Assembly: GCA_963845065.1 (NCBI GenBank)
Contig: CAWJQQ010000005.1
Span: 192,001 to 256,000 of the forward strand
Direction of reading: 5' to 3'
Source: Nitrospirota bacterium
Lineage (GTDB): Bacteria > Nitrospirota > UBA9217
DNA: 64,000 nt
The notes under the pieces: generated by a model
What the model saw: the letters and a program-made list of their open reading frames with translations, nothing else
Told to the model about the DNA's origin: nothing
Databases searched by the model: none
Position numbers and translations under genes: made by a program
Shown: positions 49,591 through 59,469 of the stretch, piece by piece
Position numbering within the stretch: position 1 is the stretch's first letter
Layout of the letters: each line of letters starts with the position of its first letter

Positions 49591-50046
49591 TTATTTATAC
49601 GCTCCAGAACCAACGATTATATCTTCATACTTCTCAATGTAGGCCGTCTTGTCTTTGATCTTTTTGGTCGCAGGTTCGGAAAACTTGTAATTCTGCCATC
49701 CCTTGCCCTTTGTTTTTGCCAGCATGATCCGTTCTTTGACAAAGGCTTTACCGCTGGGGTCCGTCAGATCGCTCAGATCCTTGCCGACCATCTTCGGGTT
49801 CTGGCCATGGGCAAGGCAGGTGCCGCTCATGTCATAGACGAAGATGTACAAGTCCCGATCCACGAATTGGCCATTTTTATTAGTAAATTCAGCAAAGGCT
49901 TTGTCCTTGCCGTTCACCTTGACAAAGCTGATTGCTTTTTTAACCAATGCTTCCGCCTCGGCAGGCGTGCCAAGATCAGCAGCAAAAGCAGTGCTCGTCA
50001 ATACCAAGCTAGCAACAAGTATCATTCCCAATATCGCTCTTCTCAT
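49591..50046 (-). CDS. Stand-alone secreted single Cache domain protein
   Basis: Signal peptide ending AFA, DRDLYIFVYD...LAHG...DPSGKAFVKE...IVGSGAYK. Confidence 0.88.
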   Translation of the reverse strand: MRRAILGMILVASLVLTSTAFAADLGTPAEAEALVKKAISFVKVNGKDKAFAEFTNKNGQFVDRDLYIFVYDMSGTCLAHGQNPKMVGKDLSDLTDPSGKAFVKERIMLAKTKGKGWQNYKFSEPATKKIKDKTAYIEKYEDIIVGSGAYK

Positions 50047-50106
50047 GTAATTCCTCCTTGTCACAACACAGACAGTATGATTTTGGCGAAGACGCAAGTC
50101 TTGCCG

Positions 50107-51705
50107 TTAAGATTTAAAGAACGCTGTCAACTCCTTGAGTTCAGCAGCCAGCTGCGCTAGCTGCGATGACGACATTTTGATTGCTTCCGTGGAGGAAGCG
50201 GCTTGTTTCGCGATTTCGGAAATGCTCTCCATGCTCTGGGTTACCTGTTCCGTGGTAGCAGACTGTTCTTCCGTCGCCGCGGCAATTCGCTGGACCATGT
50301 CCATGGCATTGGTTGAGGCGGTAACGATAGAGTCGAGCGAGGCGCTCGCCTGTTTGGCCATGCCCACACCTTTGTCCACCTCGTTGCTGCCCTTTTTCAT
50401 GGCTTCCACCGATTCGGCAGCTGCGGTCTGGATCGCTGCTATCCTCTGGGCAATGTCCTTAGTGGCTTGCCCGGTCCGCTCTGCAAGCTTCCGCACTTCA
50501 TCGGCAACAACGGCGAAGCCGCGACCTTGGTCGCCAGCCCGTGCTGCTTCGATGGCCGCATTCAAGGCAAGCAGGTTAGTTTGGTCCGCGATGCCGTTAA
50601 TCACGCTTACTATCTCGCCGATCTGCGCCGAGCTTCTGCCAAGCTCTTCGATAGTTTTCGCTGCTGCCTGGACCGTCTGAGCAATGATGACCATGTCTTC
50701 GGCAGTGGAATCGACGATCTGCTTACCTTTGGTTGCAGTGTCTGAGGCGTCCTTACTGGCTTCAGCTGCGTGGGTGGCGTTTTTTGCCATGTCCATGATG
50801 GTTTGAGAAACCTCGGTTATGGCGGTCACCACTTGATCGGCCTGGGACGAGAGATTTTGCGAACCCTTGTGCATGTCATCTGACGTGCCCAAGAGTTGCT
50901 CGGAGCTGCCGACGAGCGAATTCGTTGCCGTATTTATTTCGCCAACGATATGACGAAAGTTTTTAATCATGCGGTTGAAGCTGCCGGCGACCTCACCGAT
51001 CTCATCGCGGCTCCTTACCGGGATATCTGCAGACAGATTGCCATTCGATGCGGCTTCAGCTGCCGCATTAATTGCGAACGCGGACTTTAATAATTCTCTG
51101 ACAATCAAAACAAAGAGAGTAATGCTGCCGATCACCGTAACGAGAGCGAGCAAATACTGGACCATATTCAGTTTCACAACCTTCCTGTCGAGCTTCTTCT
51201 TGGTATTGCCGTAATTGTCAGCAGCGATATTGCCCATGTCCTCTAATGCCAGGCGAAGCCGCATGCCGATGCCGATGACGCTGCCGTTGTCTAATGCCAC
51301 GATGTCGTGCGTCTTTTTTCGTGCCTCAATGAGCTTATCAATTACCTGTTCATACTCATCTAAGGTTTGCTTCGCGGTGTCATGAGCGTTCCGCCCCTCG
51401 TCACTAGAGACCAGTTTTCCGTATTTTGCGAGATCATTGCCCAACAGCTGGGTGTATTCTCTGAACTGCTTGACATATTTCTCGTCCCCACGTATGAGAA
51501 AATTTTTATAGCCCTGGACGGCAATACCGAGTTCATTTTCTGCGTTCAAACTCAGCTCTTTTTGCGCTCCCGCGGATTTAGACAAGGCCTCGTATCCGTT
51601 GATCAGACTGCGATTGCTCACGAAGGACATAATCGCCACGAATATTAAAGCGGCAAGACATACCGCAGCGGCACCGTATAGTTTTTTCGATAATGACATC
51701 TTCAT
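50107..51705 (-). CDS. Methyl-accepting chemotaxis protein
   Basis: TM-sensor-TM-HAMP-signalling domain (KNFLIRGD sensor motif; [15 protein letters not shown]). Confidence 0.94.
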   Translation of the reverse strand: MKMSLSKKLYGAAAVCLAALIFVAIMSFVSNRSLINGYEALSKSAGAQKELSLNAENELGIAVQGYKNFLIRGDEKYVKQFREYTQLLGNDLAKYGKLVSSDEGRNAHDTAKQTLDEYEQVIDKLIEARKKTHDIVALDNGSVIGIGMRLRLALEDMGNIAADNYGNTKKKLDRKVVKLNMVQYLLALVTVIGSITLFVLIVRELLKSAFAINAAAEAASNGNLSADIPVRSRDEIGEVAGSFNRMIKNFRHIVGEINTATNSLVGSSEQLLGTSDDMHKGSQNLSSQADQVVTAITEVSQTIMDMAKNATHAAEASKDASDTATKGKQIVDSTAEDMVIIAQTVQAAAKTIEELGRSSAQIGEIVSVINGIADQTNLLALNAAIEAARAGDQGRGFAVVADEVRKLAERTGQATKDIAQRIAAIQTAAAESVEAMKKGSNEVDKGVGMAKQASASLDSIVTASTNAMDMVQRIAAATEEQSATTEQVTQSMESISEIAKQAASSTEAIKMSSSQLAQLAAELKELTAFFKS

Positions 51706-51819
51706 ATAGTTTGCTCCGCATCCTCTTTTGATAATTCGGTGTGCCGAATTCCGCCACAGCCTCGTAATGACAATGCACCTATCCCCTTAATGGATAGCAC
51801 TGCACCCGCGATGACAATA

Positions 51820-52531
51820 TCACACGATGTACCTATTGAACAAATAGGGCCCGTACTTTTTATCAATGCTCTTAATGTGCGCTGTCAGCCAGTTTTTCAG
51901 GAATTCTATCAGCTCCACTGCTGCCGTGGTCTTTCCCTCCTTGAGCCGATTCGCATATTCGAGCACCTGGTTTGTGAGCGCCGTATGCTTCACCTTATGG
52001 TCTAAATAGCCGGGGTAGCTGTGCCTTTGCATAAGGGCTTCTTCGTTAGCGAAGTGCTCCTTTATATATATACAACAAGCTCTGGCAGGAGGGTCTCGAC
52101 AGCATCCCTGCCGCATCCTACGGGCACCTTCACGCTCAGATAGTCCGAGCACGTTATCAGCCTGATCGGTCCGCTGGATGGCATCGATCCTGTGGATGCA
52201 TAAGGTTCGGCCATTGTTGGTGGGAACGACCGGATTGCAGCTGGCTCCGCGTAACAAGAAGGAGCGTCCATTGAAGGGGCTGTTTGCGCTTGCACGGTCT
52301 CTGATGAAAGCCTGAACCAGGCCGCTGTTTCATTGGGCTCGCTCGCCAGTCGTGAGAAGTCCGCGGCGGAGACCTTGATCTGTTCCGTGGAAGCGGAAGA
52401 GCTCATCGCAATCTCCCAAATGTTCTACATCTTCTGAGTGACCTGTTCGGTAGTAGCAGGTTGCTCTTCTGTAGCTGCTGCGATTCGTTGCACCATATCC
52501 ATTGCATTGGCCGAAGCTAGACGATGGTGTC
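51820..52531 (-). pseudogene. Decayed MCP-hemerythrin fusion (DcrH-like)
   Basis: MCP tail [15 protein letters not shown]...(stop)...STEQIK, linker, then LITCSDYLSVKV and frameshifted HFANEE...HKVKH...HIKSID. Confidence 0.8.
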
Positions 52532-52567
52532 GGATCATGTTTCTCAAAGTTTGTCCTCAGCGCTATT

Positions 52568-53623
52568 TCAAACTGCGTTGATGATCTCTCCCGCCATCTC
52601 CTCAATGGCCAGCACCTTGTCCGCGATGCCTGCGTCCACTACGGCTCGGGGCATGCCATAGACTACGCAGGTTTCTTCGTTCTGAGCAAAGATTCTGCCA
52701 CCGGTCTGCTTGAGTGCGGTAAGACCTTTGACTCCGTCGCTGCCCATGCCTGTCAGGATAACTCCTAGCGCCCTGCCAGGGTAGCACTCGGCAATGGACT
52801 GCATAAGATAATCGACAGAAGGTCGGTAAATGAATTCCTCACGGTTTTCCGAAATGTTCACCACCGTCTCGAGTCCGCGGGGCCGAGACATGCGCATATG
52901 GCCGCGACCAGGCGCCACAAGCGCGACGCCAGGCTTGAGCGTTTCGCCTTCTTCGGCTTCCTTCACCGCGATTTGTGAGAGCTGGTTCAAGCGCTCGGCA
53001 AAGGGCTTGGTAAAGTTCGGTGGCATGTGTTGCGCGATCACGATGGGAACTGGGAAGTTCTTTGGCAGGCGGGGGATGATCTCCTGAATCGCACGTGGCC
53101 CTCCCGTGGAGGTGCCGATGGCCACTACGCTGACCCGCCGCGCGCCGGTAGAAAGCGCCGGCAATACTCTAGGCGTGTTGACAGGACGGCTGGCGGCCGT
53201 GCTTCGCCTCGCCCTTCTTGCCACGCCGCTTTTCGCTATCTGCTTAACCTTGTCGATCAGCAGCTCCTTGATTTTTACGATGTTGATTGAAAGTTCGGAC
53301 AGATTCTTGGGAATGAAATCAACGGCCCCGTAGTCCAGCGCATCGAGGGTAACATGGGCCCCTTCAGTTGTGAGCGAACTCACCATGACCACAGGCACCG
53401 GAGTCTTGTCCATGATGAGCCTGAGCGCCTCGAGTCCGTCCATGCGCGGCATTTCCACGTCCATAGTAACGATGTCCGGTTTGAGCAGCGCCGTTTTTTC
53501 AACTGCCTCTACACCGTCACGCGCCGTGCCGATCACCTTGATCTCGGGGTCAGAACTGAGCATGGTGGTGAGCGCGTTCCGCATGAACGCTGAATCATCT
53601 ACGATTAGTACTTTAATGGTCAT
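52568..53623 (-). CDS. cheB: Chemotaxis methylesterase CheB
   Basis: Receiver domain + IGTSTGGP, QHMP, LTGMGSDG, VYGMP. Confidence 0.96.
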   Translation of the reverse strand: MTIKVLIVDDSAFMRNALTTMLSSDPEIKVIGTARDGVEAVEKTALLKPDIVTMDVEMPRMDGLEALRLIMDKTPVPVVMVSSLTTEGAHVTLDALDYGAVDFIPKNLSELSINIVKIKELLIDKVKQIAKSGVARRARRSTAASRPVNTPRVLPALSTGARRVSVVAIGTSTGGPRAIQEIIPRLPKNFPVPIVIAQHMPPNFTKPFAERLNQLSQIAVKEAEEGETLKPGVALVAPGRGHMRMSRPRGLETVVNISENREEFIYRPSVDYLMQSIAECYPGRALGVILTGMGSDGVKGLTALKQTGGRIFAQNEETCVVYGMPRAVVDAGIADKVLAIEEMAGEIINAV

Positions 53624-53902
53624 GAATTTGCCTCATGATGCTAGCTTCCCCATTCTGCCTTCATCCGAACGAGCAAATCGACGATACAGGCTGACAGGGC
53701 TTCCATTTCCGCATACAGATGCCATGCATTGCTAGTGTCGCCTACATTAGGCCGCGATAGTGTTCCTAGCCGTGGCATGTGTACACGCAGGGGGCTTCGT
53801 TACTGACCGATAACTTGCAAATCTGCCGAACAGTTCTCCCCCCCACTTTGTTGTCTCTCTTCACCACGCAGATTAAGTCCGTCATAAGAATCGGATTGCC
53901 TT

Positions 53903-54310
53903 TTATGCAATGCCCTTACGATTGAGGTAAGGTCCGTATTTTTTGTCTGTGTTCTGAATATGGTTAGAAAGCCAGTCTTTTAGAAAATTCATGACTTGGA
54001 CAGTTACAAGCATCCTGCCTTCCTGAAATTTGCTCTGGAGGTCCTCGACCTGCTTCGTCAGCTCATCATGCAGCGCCTTGTGGCTTAGGTATCCCGGATA
54101 CTCGTTCTTTCGCATGAGCTGCTCTTCTGCTGCGAAATGCGTCTTCGTGTAGTCAACCAACCGGACGAGAACCGGCCCTATGATTTCCTTCCCCTTACCC
54201 AAACCCATGGCCGAATGCAGGTCATTGATCATGTTGATGAGTTTTTTATGTTCCTCATCGAATTCCTTAATGTTAACACTGAGATCGTTACTCCACGTAA
54301 TGAGTGCCAT
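53903..54310 (-). CDS. Bacteriohemerythrin
   Basis: DEEHKKL, HFAAEE, HKALH, WLSNHIQNTD: full di-iron ligand set. Confidence 0.93.
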   Translation of the reverse strand: MALITWSNDLSVNIKEFDEEHKKLINMINDLHSAMGLGKGKEIIGPVLVRLVDYTKTHFAAEEQLMRKNEYPGYLSHKALHDELTKQVEDLQSKFQEGRMLVTVQVMNFLKDWLSNHIQNTDKKYGPYLNRKGIA

Positions 54311-54381
54311 ATGGTGACTCCCTTCGGATGTAATAAGTTCATGTTCGGAACAGATTCATAAAGAATAAATATTTATCGATT

Positions 54382-54786
54382 TCAAAATATGCCATTACTG
54401 TTGAAAAACGACGCGTATTTTTTATCGACAGACAAAATGTGTTTTGACAGCCAATCTTTTAAAAAGCCCATAATCTCAACAGTTGTCACCTTGCCCCCCT
54501 GATGTTTGGCAATATATTCCATGACCTGTTTGGTAAGTGCGTCATGTTCCAGCTTCTGGCTGCTATAACCAGGATAGCAGAGGGTCTGCATCAGCCTTTC
54601 CTCGTAGAATAAGTGGGTCTTTGTATAATCGGCAAGCCTATTCAAGATTGAGCCTACTGCTTCCTTACCCTTGCCGGACCGCATGGCCTCATGCAACTCA
54701 TTGACTAAATCGAACAGTTTCTGATGCTGTGAATCAAGATCTTTTACACTAACGCTTAGCTCATCGGTCCAGGTTATCAACGGCAT
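54382..54786 (-). CDS. Bacteriohemerythrin (variant ligand set)
   Basis: DSQHQKL, HLFYEE, SQKLEH, WLSKHILSVD. Confidence 0.9.
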   Translation of the reverse strand: MPLITWTDELSVSVKDLDSQHQKLFDLVNELHEAMRSGKGKEAVGSILNRLADYTKTHLFYEERLMQTLCYPGYSSQKLEHDALTKQVMEYIAKHQGGKVTTVEIMGFLKDWLSKHILSVDKKYASFFNSNGIF

Positions 54787-54834
54787 ATATTCCTCCTTCC
54801 TTTCGCAACATGTGTATACCCGAATTGTACTCTG

Positions 54835-56031
54835 TCAGAACCCGAGATCTTTCAAGAGTTCATCAACGTCCTTCTGAGATACTTTTTCCACAACTGCTAC
54901 AGGTTCTTTTGCCCCCTCCATTTTAACGCCGAAAGACGTGACCAGACGAACGAGCTCGTTTTCTATATCATGGACTAGCGTGATGACCTTCTTGATCGTC
55001 TGGCCCGTAAGGTCCTGGAAAGACTGGGTCGTCAGGATTTCCGTAAGGTCATCTTCAAGGCCATTCTTGAATTCCTTCAAAAAAGTCACTGTTTCCAGTG
55101 GCCCTTCGATTTTCCGGATGTGCGTGGCAAGATCATCCATCGACAGAATATATTTTTCTACGACGCTCATGGTTCGGTTGGCGGCTTCTTCGGTTTTGTC
55201 GATCACGAACTGGAGCTTGTCGACGGCATTCGGGATTTCTGCCTGGGTTAGATCCTTTAAACGGGGGTCAACTGCCTCTTTAAAGCTAATGATGGCATCA
55301 TGCAGTTTTCGCGTGATTTTGCCGACTTCCTTGAACAGGTCTCCCTGGCCGAGCTTAACGATCTGCTGGATTGCCGCGTCAGCCCTCCCGTAATCATGCT
55401 CCGAGACTGCCGTCATGAAGTTCACGATATCATCAAGGATTTCTTGGCGTGGATCATCGGGGCTGATGCCTTTCGTCTTCTCGAAGTATGTTTTTGCGTT
55501 CCGGAGCTCCATAACACGAACCTCGCCCGCCATAGTCTGTATTGCGTGGGTCACCTGAATGCTACCGTTATCTCCCTCAGTACTTACTTCCATAGCCATA
55601 TCTTCAAGGAGACTCATATCATCAAGAGGGATCAATTTCTTTATGTCCAGAAGGACGATCAATCTGCCATCGAGCTTTGCGACACCTTCGACCTGGTCAA
55701 TATGTCCCTGGGGGAGGTTTTCAGGTGTTTCGATCGCCCCTTCATCGATACTGATGACACCCGTAATCCCGTCTACCAGAAGACCGAAAGTTATCCTGCC
55801 GCTTGCTATAACAATGATTTTGGTCCCACCGGCTTGCGTTGCCGGAACATTGATCAGTTTTTTCAGATCCACGACCGGAATTACGCTCCCGCGAAGATTT
55901 GTGATTCCATTCAGATACGGGGGCGACTGCGGCATTCTGGTGATCTCCGGGAGATTAATGATCTCACGAACCCTTGTAATCGGTATGCCGAACTCCCCTG
56001 TGTGCAGCTTAAATCCGATGTACTGTGGCAC
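54835..56031 (-). CDS. CheW-CheZ fusion protein
   Basis: N-terminal CheW (GITNLRGSVIPVVDL), C-terminal CheZ-like (TEEAANRTM, QSFQDLTGQTIKKV, SQKDVDELLKDLGF); GTG start with GGAGG. Confidence 0.85.
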   Translation of the reverse strand: MPQYIGFKLHTGEFGIPITRVREIINLPEITRMPQSPPYLNGITNLRGSVIPVVDLKKLINVPATQAGGTKIIVIASGRITFGLLVDGITGVISIDEGAIETPENLPQGHIDQVEGVAKLDGRLIVLLDIKKLIPLDDMSLLEDMAMEVSTEGDNGSIQVTHAIQTMAGEVRVMELRNAKTYFEKTKGISPDDPRQEILDDIVNFMTAVSEHDYGRADAAIQQIVKLGQGDLFKEVGKITRKLHDAIISFKEAVDPRLKDLTQAEIPNAVDKLQFVIDKTEEAANRTMSVVEKYILSMDDLATHIRKIEGPLETVTFLKEFKNGLEDDLTEILTTQSFQDLTGQTIKKVITLVHDIENELVRLVTSFGVKMEGAKEPVAVVEKVSQKDVDELLKDLGF

Positions 56032-56041
56032 GATGGCCTCC

Positions 56042-57814
56042 TTATGAAACTTGTGCAAGGTTGTACAAATTCTTTGAGATGGCGGCGAGATCAAGGATGA
56101 AAACCACCTTGCCGTCGCCTGTTATGGTAGCTCCAAGTATGAACGACGATCCCGTATTGATCCCTGAGACTGTCTTTATCACAACTTCTTCCTGGCCCAA
56201 GAGTTCGTCGACGCCGATGCAGAACCGCTTTTCCCCGATGGCCACAACGACAGCATATTTGCAGCTGGTCTTAGCGACCCGTACGTCACCGATCGCACTT
56301 GAGAGAGCAAAGAGCGGATACACTTTACCCCTGATGATAAGCGCCTCAGTCCCCCCCATATCTGAAACGTCACCCTCGGACACGGTAAGTGTTTCTTCGA
56401 CTGGCGAAAGTGGTATCGCGTACCTCGCATTGCCGGAACGAACCATGAGGGTCTGGATGATGGCAAGGGTAAGGGGAATATGGATTGTGAAGGTGCTCCC
56501 TTTATCTTTGTGGGTAGCAATCTCAACTGTGCCGTTGAGCCTCGAAATGTTCGTTTTTACCACATCCATACCAACACCCCTGCCTGAGAGCTCCGTGGCC
56601 ACCTCGGCTGTAGAGAAGCCGGGATAGAAAATAAGGTTGATGGCGGCTTCATCCGTCATATGGACGGCTTCGTCTTCGGTGATGAGCTTTTTCTGAAGAG
56701 CTTTTACTTTTACTTTTTCGATATTGATTCCCCGTCCGTCGTCGGACACTTCGATAACGATCTGGTTGCCCCTTTGTGATGCGCTGATGGATATCGTGCC
56801 TTTTTCCGACTTCCCCTTTACAACGCGGTCCTTCGGCAGTTCGAGCCCGTGGTCGATGGCATTCCGGATGATGTGCACCATGGGGTCACCGATTTGTTCG
56901 ATCACCGATTTATCAACCTCGGTGTCCTCACCGGCCACCTTCAGGTCGACATATTTTCCCAGCGGACCAGCAAGATCGCGCACCAGGCGAGGAAATTTGC
57001 TAAAGACTTTCGCTATAGGTTGCATGCGCATTTTCATAACGCCGAGCTGCATGTCGGAGGTGATGAGATCGAGGAAGGAAACGGCCTCGAGCAGGCTTTG
57101 TACGTCGTGGTCGTCGCTGTACTGGTGCTCAAGCCGGCTCACAATATTCAGGAGCCTGTTTCTGACGAGAACGACCTCTCCAGTCAGGTCCATGACCTTG
57201 TCGATTTTGTTCACTTCGACACGGAGCGTCTGGAGTGACTCCGGCCTAGCCGAGGTCTCGCTCTGCTGGCCGATCTCAGCTATTGTGGTGTCATGCACAA
57301 ATGGTATTTCTGGGCTAGGCATCTTGGTCGCAGCAACTTTCTGCGGCTCAATCGGAATTGCAGCCGGCTCAGCCGACACGGCAGGAGCCACAGGCACAGC
57401 GGACGAAACTGCACTGGAAGCCGTAAGGGACTCTTCGAGTGCATGGTTAAGCTCCTGCACCAGGGCCGTTGTATTTTCCTGAGCGCCGTCCTTGTCTTTG
57501 ACGTGCTTGAGCAGGAGCCTTAGCATATCGACGCTCTTCAGGACCACGTCCATAAGCTGTCGGGAGACTTTAATGTCGCCGTCCCGAAGCTTCTTCATGA
57601 TGTTTTCGGCGCTGTGCGATACGTCCACCATGGAGTGGAAGCCGAGGAACCCGGCGGCACCCTTGATCGTATGAACGCTCCGGAACAGCCGGTTCAGGAT
57701 TTCTTTGTCGTCACCATTTGCCTCAAGCTCGATGAAGAGAGGATCGATCTTGTCGAGAGTCTCTTCCGATTCGGTAACAAATTCGGCAATTATTTCTTCC
57801 ATTTCATCAGGCAC
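56042..57814 (-). CDS. cheA: Chemotaxis histidine kinase CheA
   Basis: Hpt LFRSVHTIKG, IRNAIDHG, DDGRG, SGRGVGMDVVK, C-terminal CheW domain; no evident P2 domain. Confidence 0.96.
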   Translation of the reverse strand: MPDEMEEIIAEFVTESEETLDKIDPLFIELEANGDDKEILNRLFRSVHTIKGAAGFLGFHSMVDVSHSAENIMKKLRDGDIKVSRQLMDVVLKSVDMLRLLLKHVKDKDGAQENTTALVQELNHALEESLTASSAVSSAVPVAPAVSAEPAAIPIEPQKVAATKMPSPEIPFVHDTTIAEIGQQSETSARPESLQTLRVEVNKIDKVMDLTGEVVLVRNRLLNIVSRLEHQYSDDHDVQSLLEAVSFLDLITSDMQLGVMKMRMQPIAKVFSKFPRLVRDLAGPLGKYVDLKVAGEDTEVDKSVIEQIGDPMVHIIRNAIDHGLELPKDRVVKGKSEKGTISISASQRGNQIVIEVSDDGRGINIEKVKVKALQKKLITEDEAVHMTDEAAINLIFYPGFSTAEVATELSGRGVGMDVVKTNISRLNGTVEIATHKDKGSTFTIHIPLTLAIIQTLMVRSGNARYAIPLSPVEETLTVSEGDVSDMGGTEALIIRGKVYPLFALSSAIGDVRVAKTSCKYAVVVAIGEKRFCIGVDELLGQEEVVIKTVSGINTGSSFILGATITGDGKVVFILDLAAISKNLYNLAQVS

Positions 57815-57871
57815 GTTACACCTCGTTTGTACTTTTGCACGATTGCAAGCAAAACGGCCAGCCGGCCGCGG

Positions 57872-58264
57872 TTATTTTTTGCCGAGCTTTTCGAATATCC
57901 TGTCCATTTTTTCCTTGAATATTTCCGCCGTAAAGGGCTTCACAACGTAGTTATTCACGCCAGCCTGGATCGCTGCAATGACCTTTTCCTTTTCCGCTTC
58001 CGCGGTCACCATCAGAAAGGGGACCTCTTTGAGTTGTGGATCCGTCCGCGTGGCCTTAAAAAAGTCGAGACCGTCCATGTTCGGCATGTTCCAGTCAGTC
58101 ACGACAAAACCGTAGCTGCTGTTTTTCATTTTTGCAAGCGCTTGAGCACCGTCCTCGGCCTCTTCGATATTCTCGAAGCCGAGTTGCTTCAAAACGTTTT
58201 TGACGATTCGCCGCATGGTCGAAAAATCATCAACCACCAGGATCTTCATCTTGTAGTCAGGCAT
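57872..58264 (-). CDS. cheY: CheY
   Basis: [35 protein letters not shown]. Confidence 0.95.
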   Translation of the reverse strand: MPDYKMKILVVDDFSTMRRIVKNVLKQLGFENIEEAEDGAQALAKMKNSSYGFVVTDWNMPNMDGLDFFKATRTDPQLKEVPFLMVTAEAEKEKVIAAIQAGVNNYVVKPFTAEIFKEKMDRIFEKLGKK

Positions 58265-58649
58265 GTGAACCTCCTCCTTGCGCAAACATGTTTTTCAATA
58301 TATGTCGGATATGCTGGATTACCACTTCGGCGGTCACCGGCTTGACCAGGTATCCGTTGACGCCAACAGAGAATGCACGTTCACGTTCCTCGGGGTCCCC
58401 CTCGGTTGTTACCATCAAAATGGGGAGCTCGGCGCCTGTCGGGCCTGAACGCACACTCTTGACAAACTCAATGCCGTCCATATAGGGCATGTTGAGATCG
58501 CTGATGATCATATTGGGATTTTCTATGCCGAGTTTTTCGAGCCCATCGATGCCATTTTCCGCATAAGCTACCTCGTATCCCTTGGACCTCAGGAACAGTC
58601 CGAGCAGTTTTCGCGTTGTTGCATCATCATCCACGATCAGGATTTTCAT
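58257..58649 (-). CDS. Single-domain response regulator (CheY-like)
   Basis: [27 protein letters not shown]. Confidence 0.9.
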   Translation of the reverse strand: MKILIVDDDATTRKLLGLFLRSKGYEVAYAENGIDGLEKLGIENPNMIISDLNMPYMDGIEFVKSVRSGPTGAELPILMVTTEGDPEERERAFSVGVNGYLVKPVTAEVVIQHIRHILKNMFAQGGGSHA

Positions 58650-58650
58650 A

Positions 58651-59469
58651 TCATACCCTCTGATAGGCAACAACTTTGTTGAATATGACCGGTTTAAACG
58701 CCCTCGTAACGTTATGGAGGCTTTCCGACGAACCGATAAAGAGGAAACCGCCAGGCCGTAGGCTGTCATACAGCAGAGAGACCGCCCTTTGTTTTGCTTT
58801 ATCGTCAAAATAGATCAGAACGTTCCGACAGAAAATAACGTCCATGGCCTGAAGTGTTCGCATTTTGCCTGGATCCATGAGATTGATGTTCATGAACCTG
58901 ACCAAGCTTTTAACCGACGCATCAAGCTCATGGGTCCAGCCGTTGCTGCGAAAGTATTTTTTTAAGAACGGCTCCGTCACGTTTCTCATGGAGTAGGAAC
59001 CATACACGGCTTTTTTTGCCGACTCCAGCACTTCGTTGCTGATATCGGAACCGACTATGTCGATACGTGTGCAGCCTTTTTTTTCCAGCAGCATCATGAC
59101 CAGCGTATATGCCTCTTCTCCTGTGGAACAAGCTGCAGACCAGATTCTGATGTCCCTGGACTTTTTTAGTTCTATCACCTGCGGGATTACCATATCAACG
59201 CAGACCGCTAACTGCTGCGGTTCTCGGAAAAAATAGGTCTCGTTTGTGGTAATGGCGTCGTACAGCTTCGAAAGTTCGTCGCCGTTGCTGCTGTATTTCA
59301 GCACGGAGAGATAGTCCTCGAAGGTGTTTAGATTTTTCTGTTGAAGACGCGTGATAAGTTTTTTTTCAACGAGATATTTTTTTGCATCGGAAATATAAAT
59401 CCCGCATTTCTCATAGATGAAATCCCTGATCTGTTTGAAGACTATATCCGGCAACACTGGGTTCAGCAT
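58651..59469 (-). CDS. cheR: Chemotaxis methyltransferase CheR
   Basis: TTNETYFFRE, WSAACSTGEE, IFCRNVLIYFD, GSSES. Confidence 0.96.
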   Translation of the reverse strand: MLNPVLPDIVFKQIRDFIYEKCGIYISDAKKYLVEKKLITRLQQKNLNTFEDYLSVLKYSSNGDELSKLYDAITTNETYFFREPQQLAVCVDMVIPQVIELKKSRDIRIWSAACSTGEEAYTLVMMLLEKKGCTRIDIVGSDISNEVLESAKKAVYGSYSMRNVTEPFLKKYFRSNGWTHELDASVKSLVRFMNINLMDPGKMRTLQAMDVIFCRNVLIYFDDKAKQRAVSLLYDSLRPGGFLFIGSSESLHNVTRAFKPVIFNKVVAYQRV

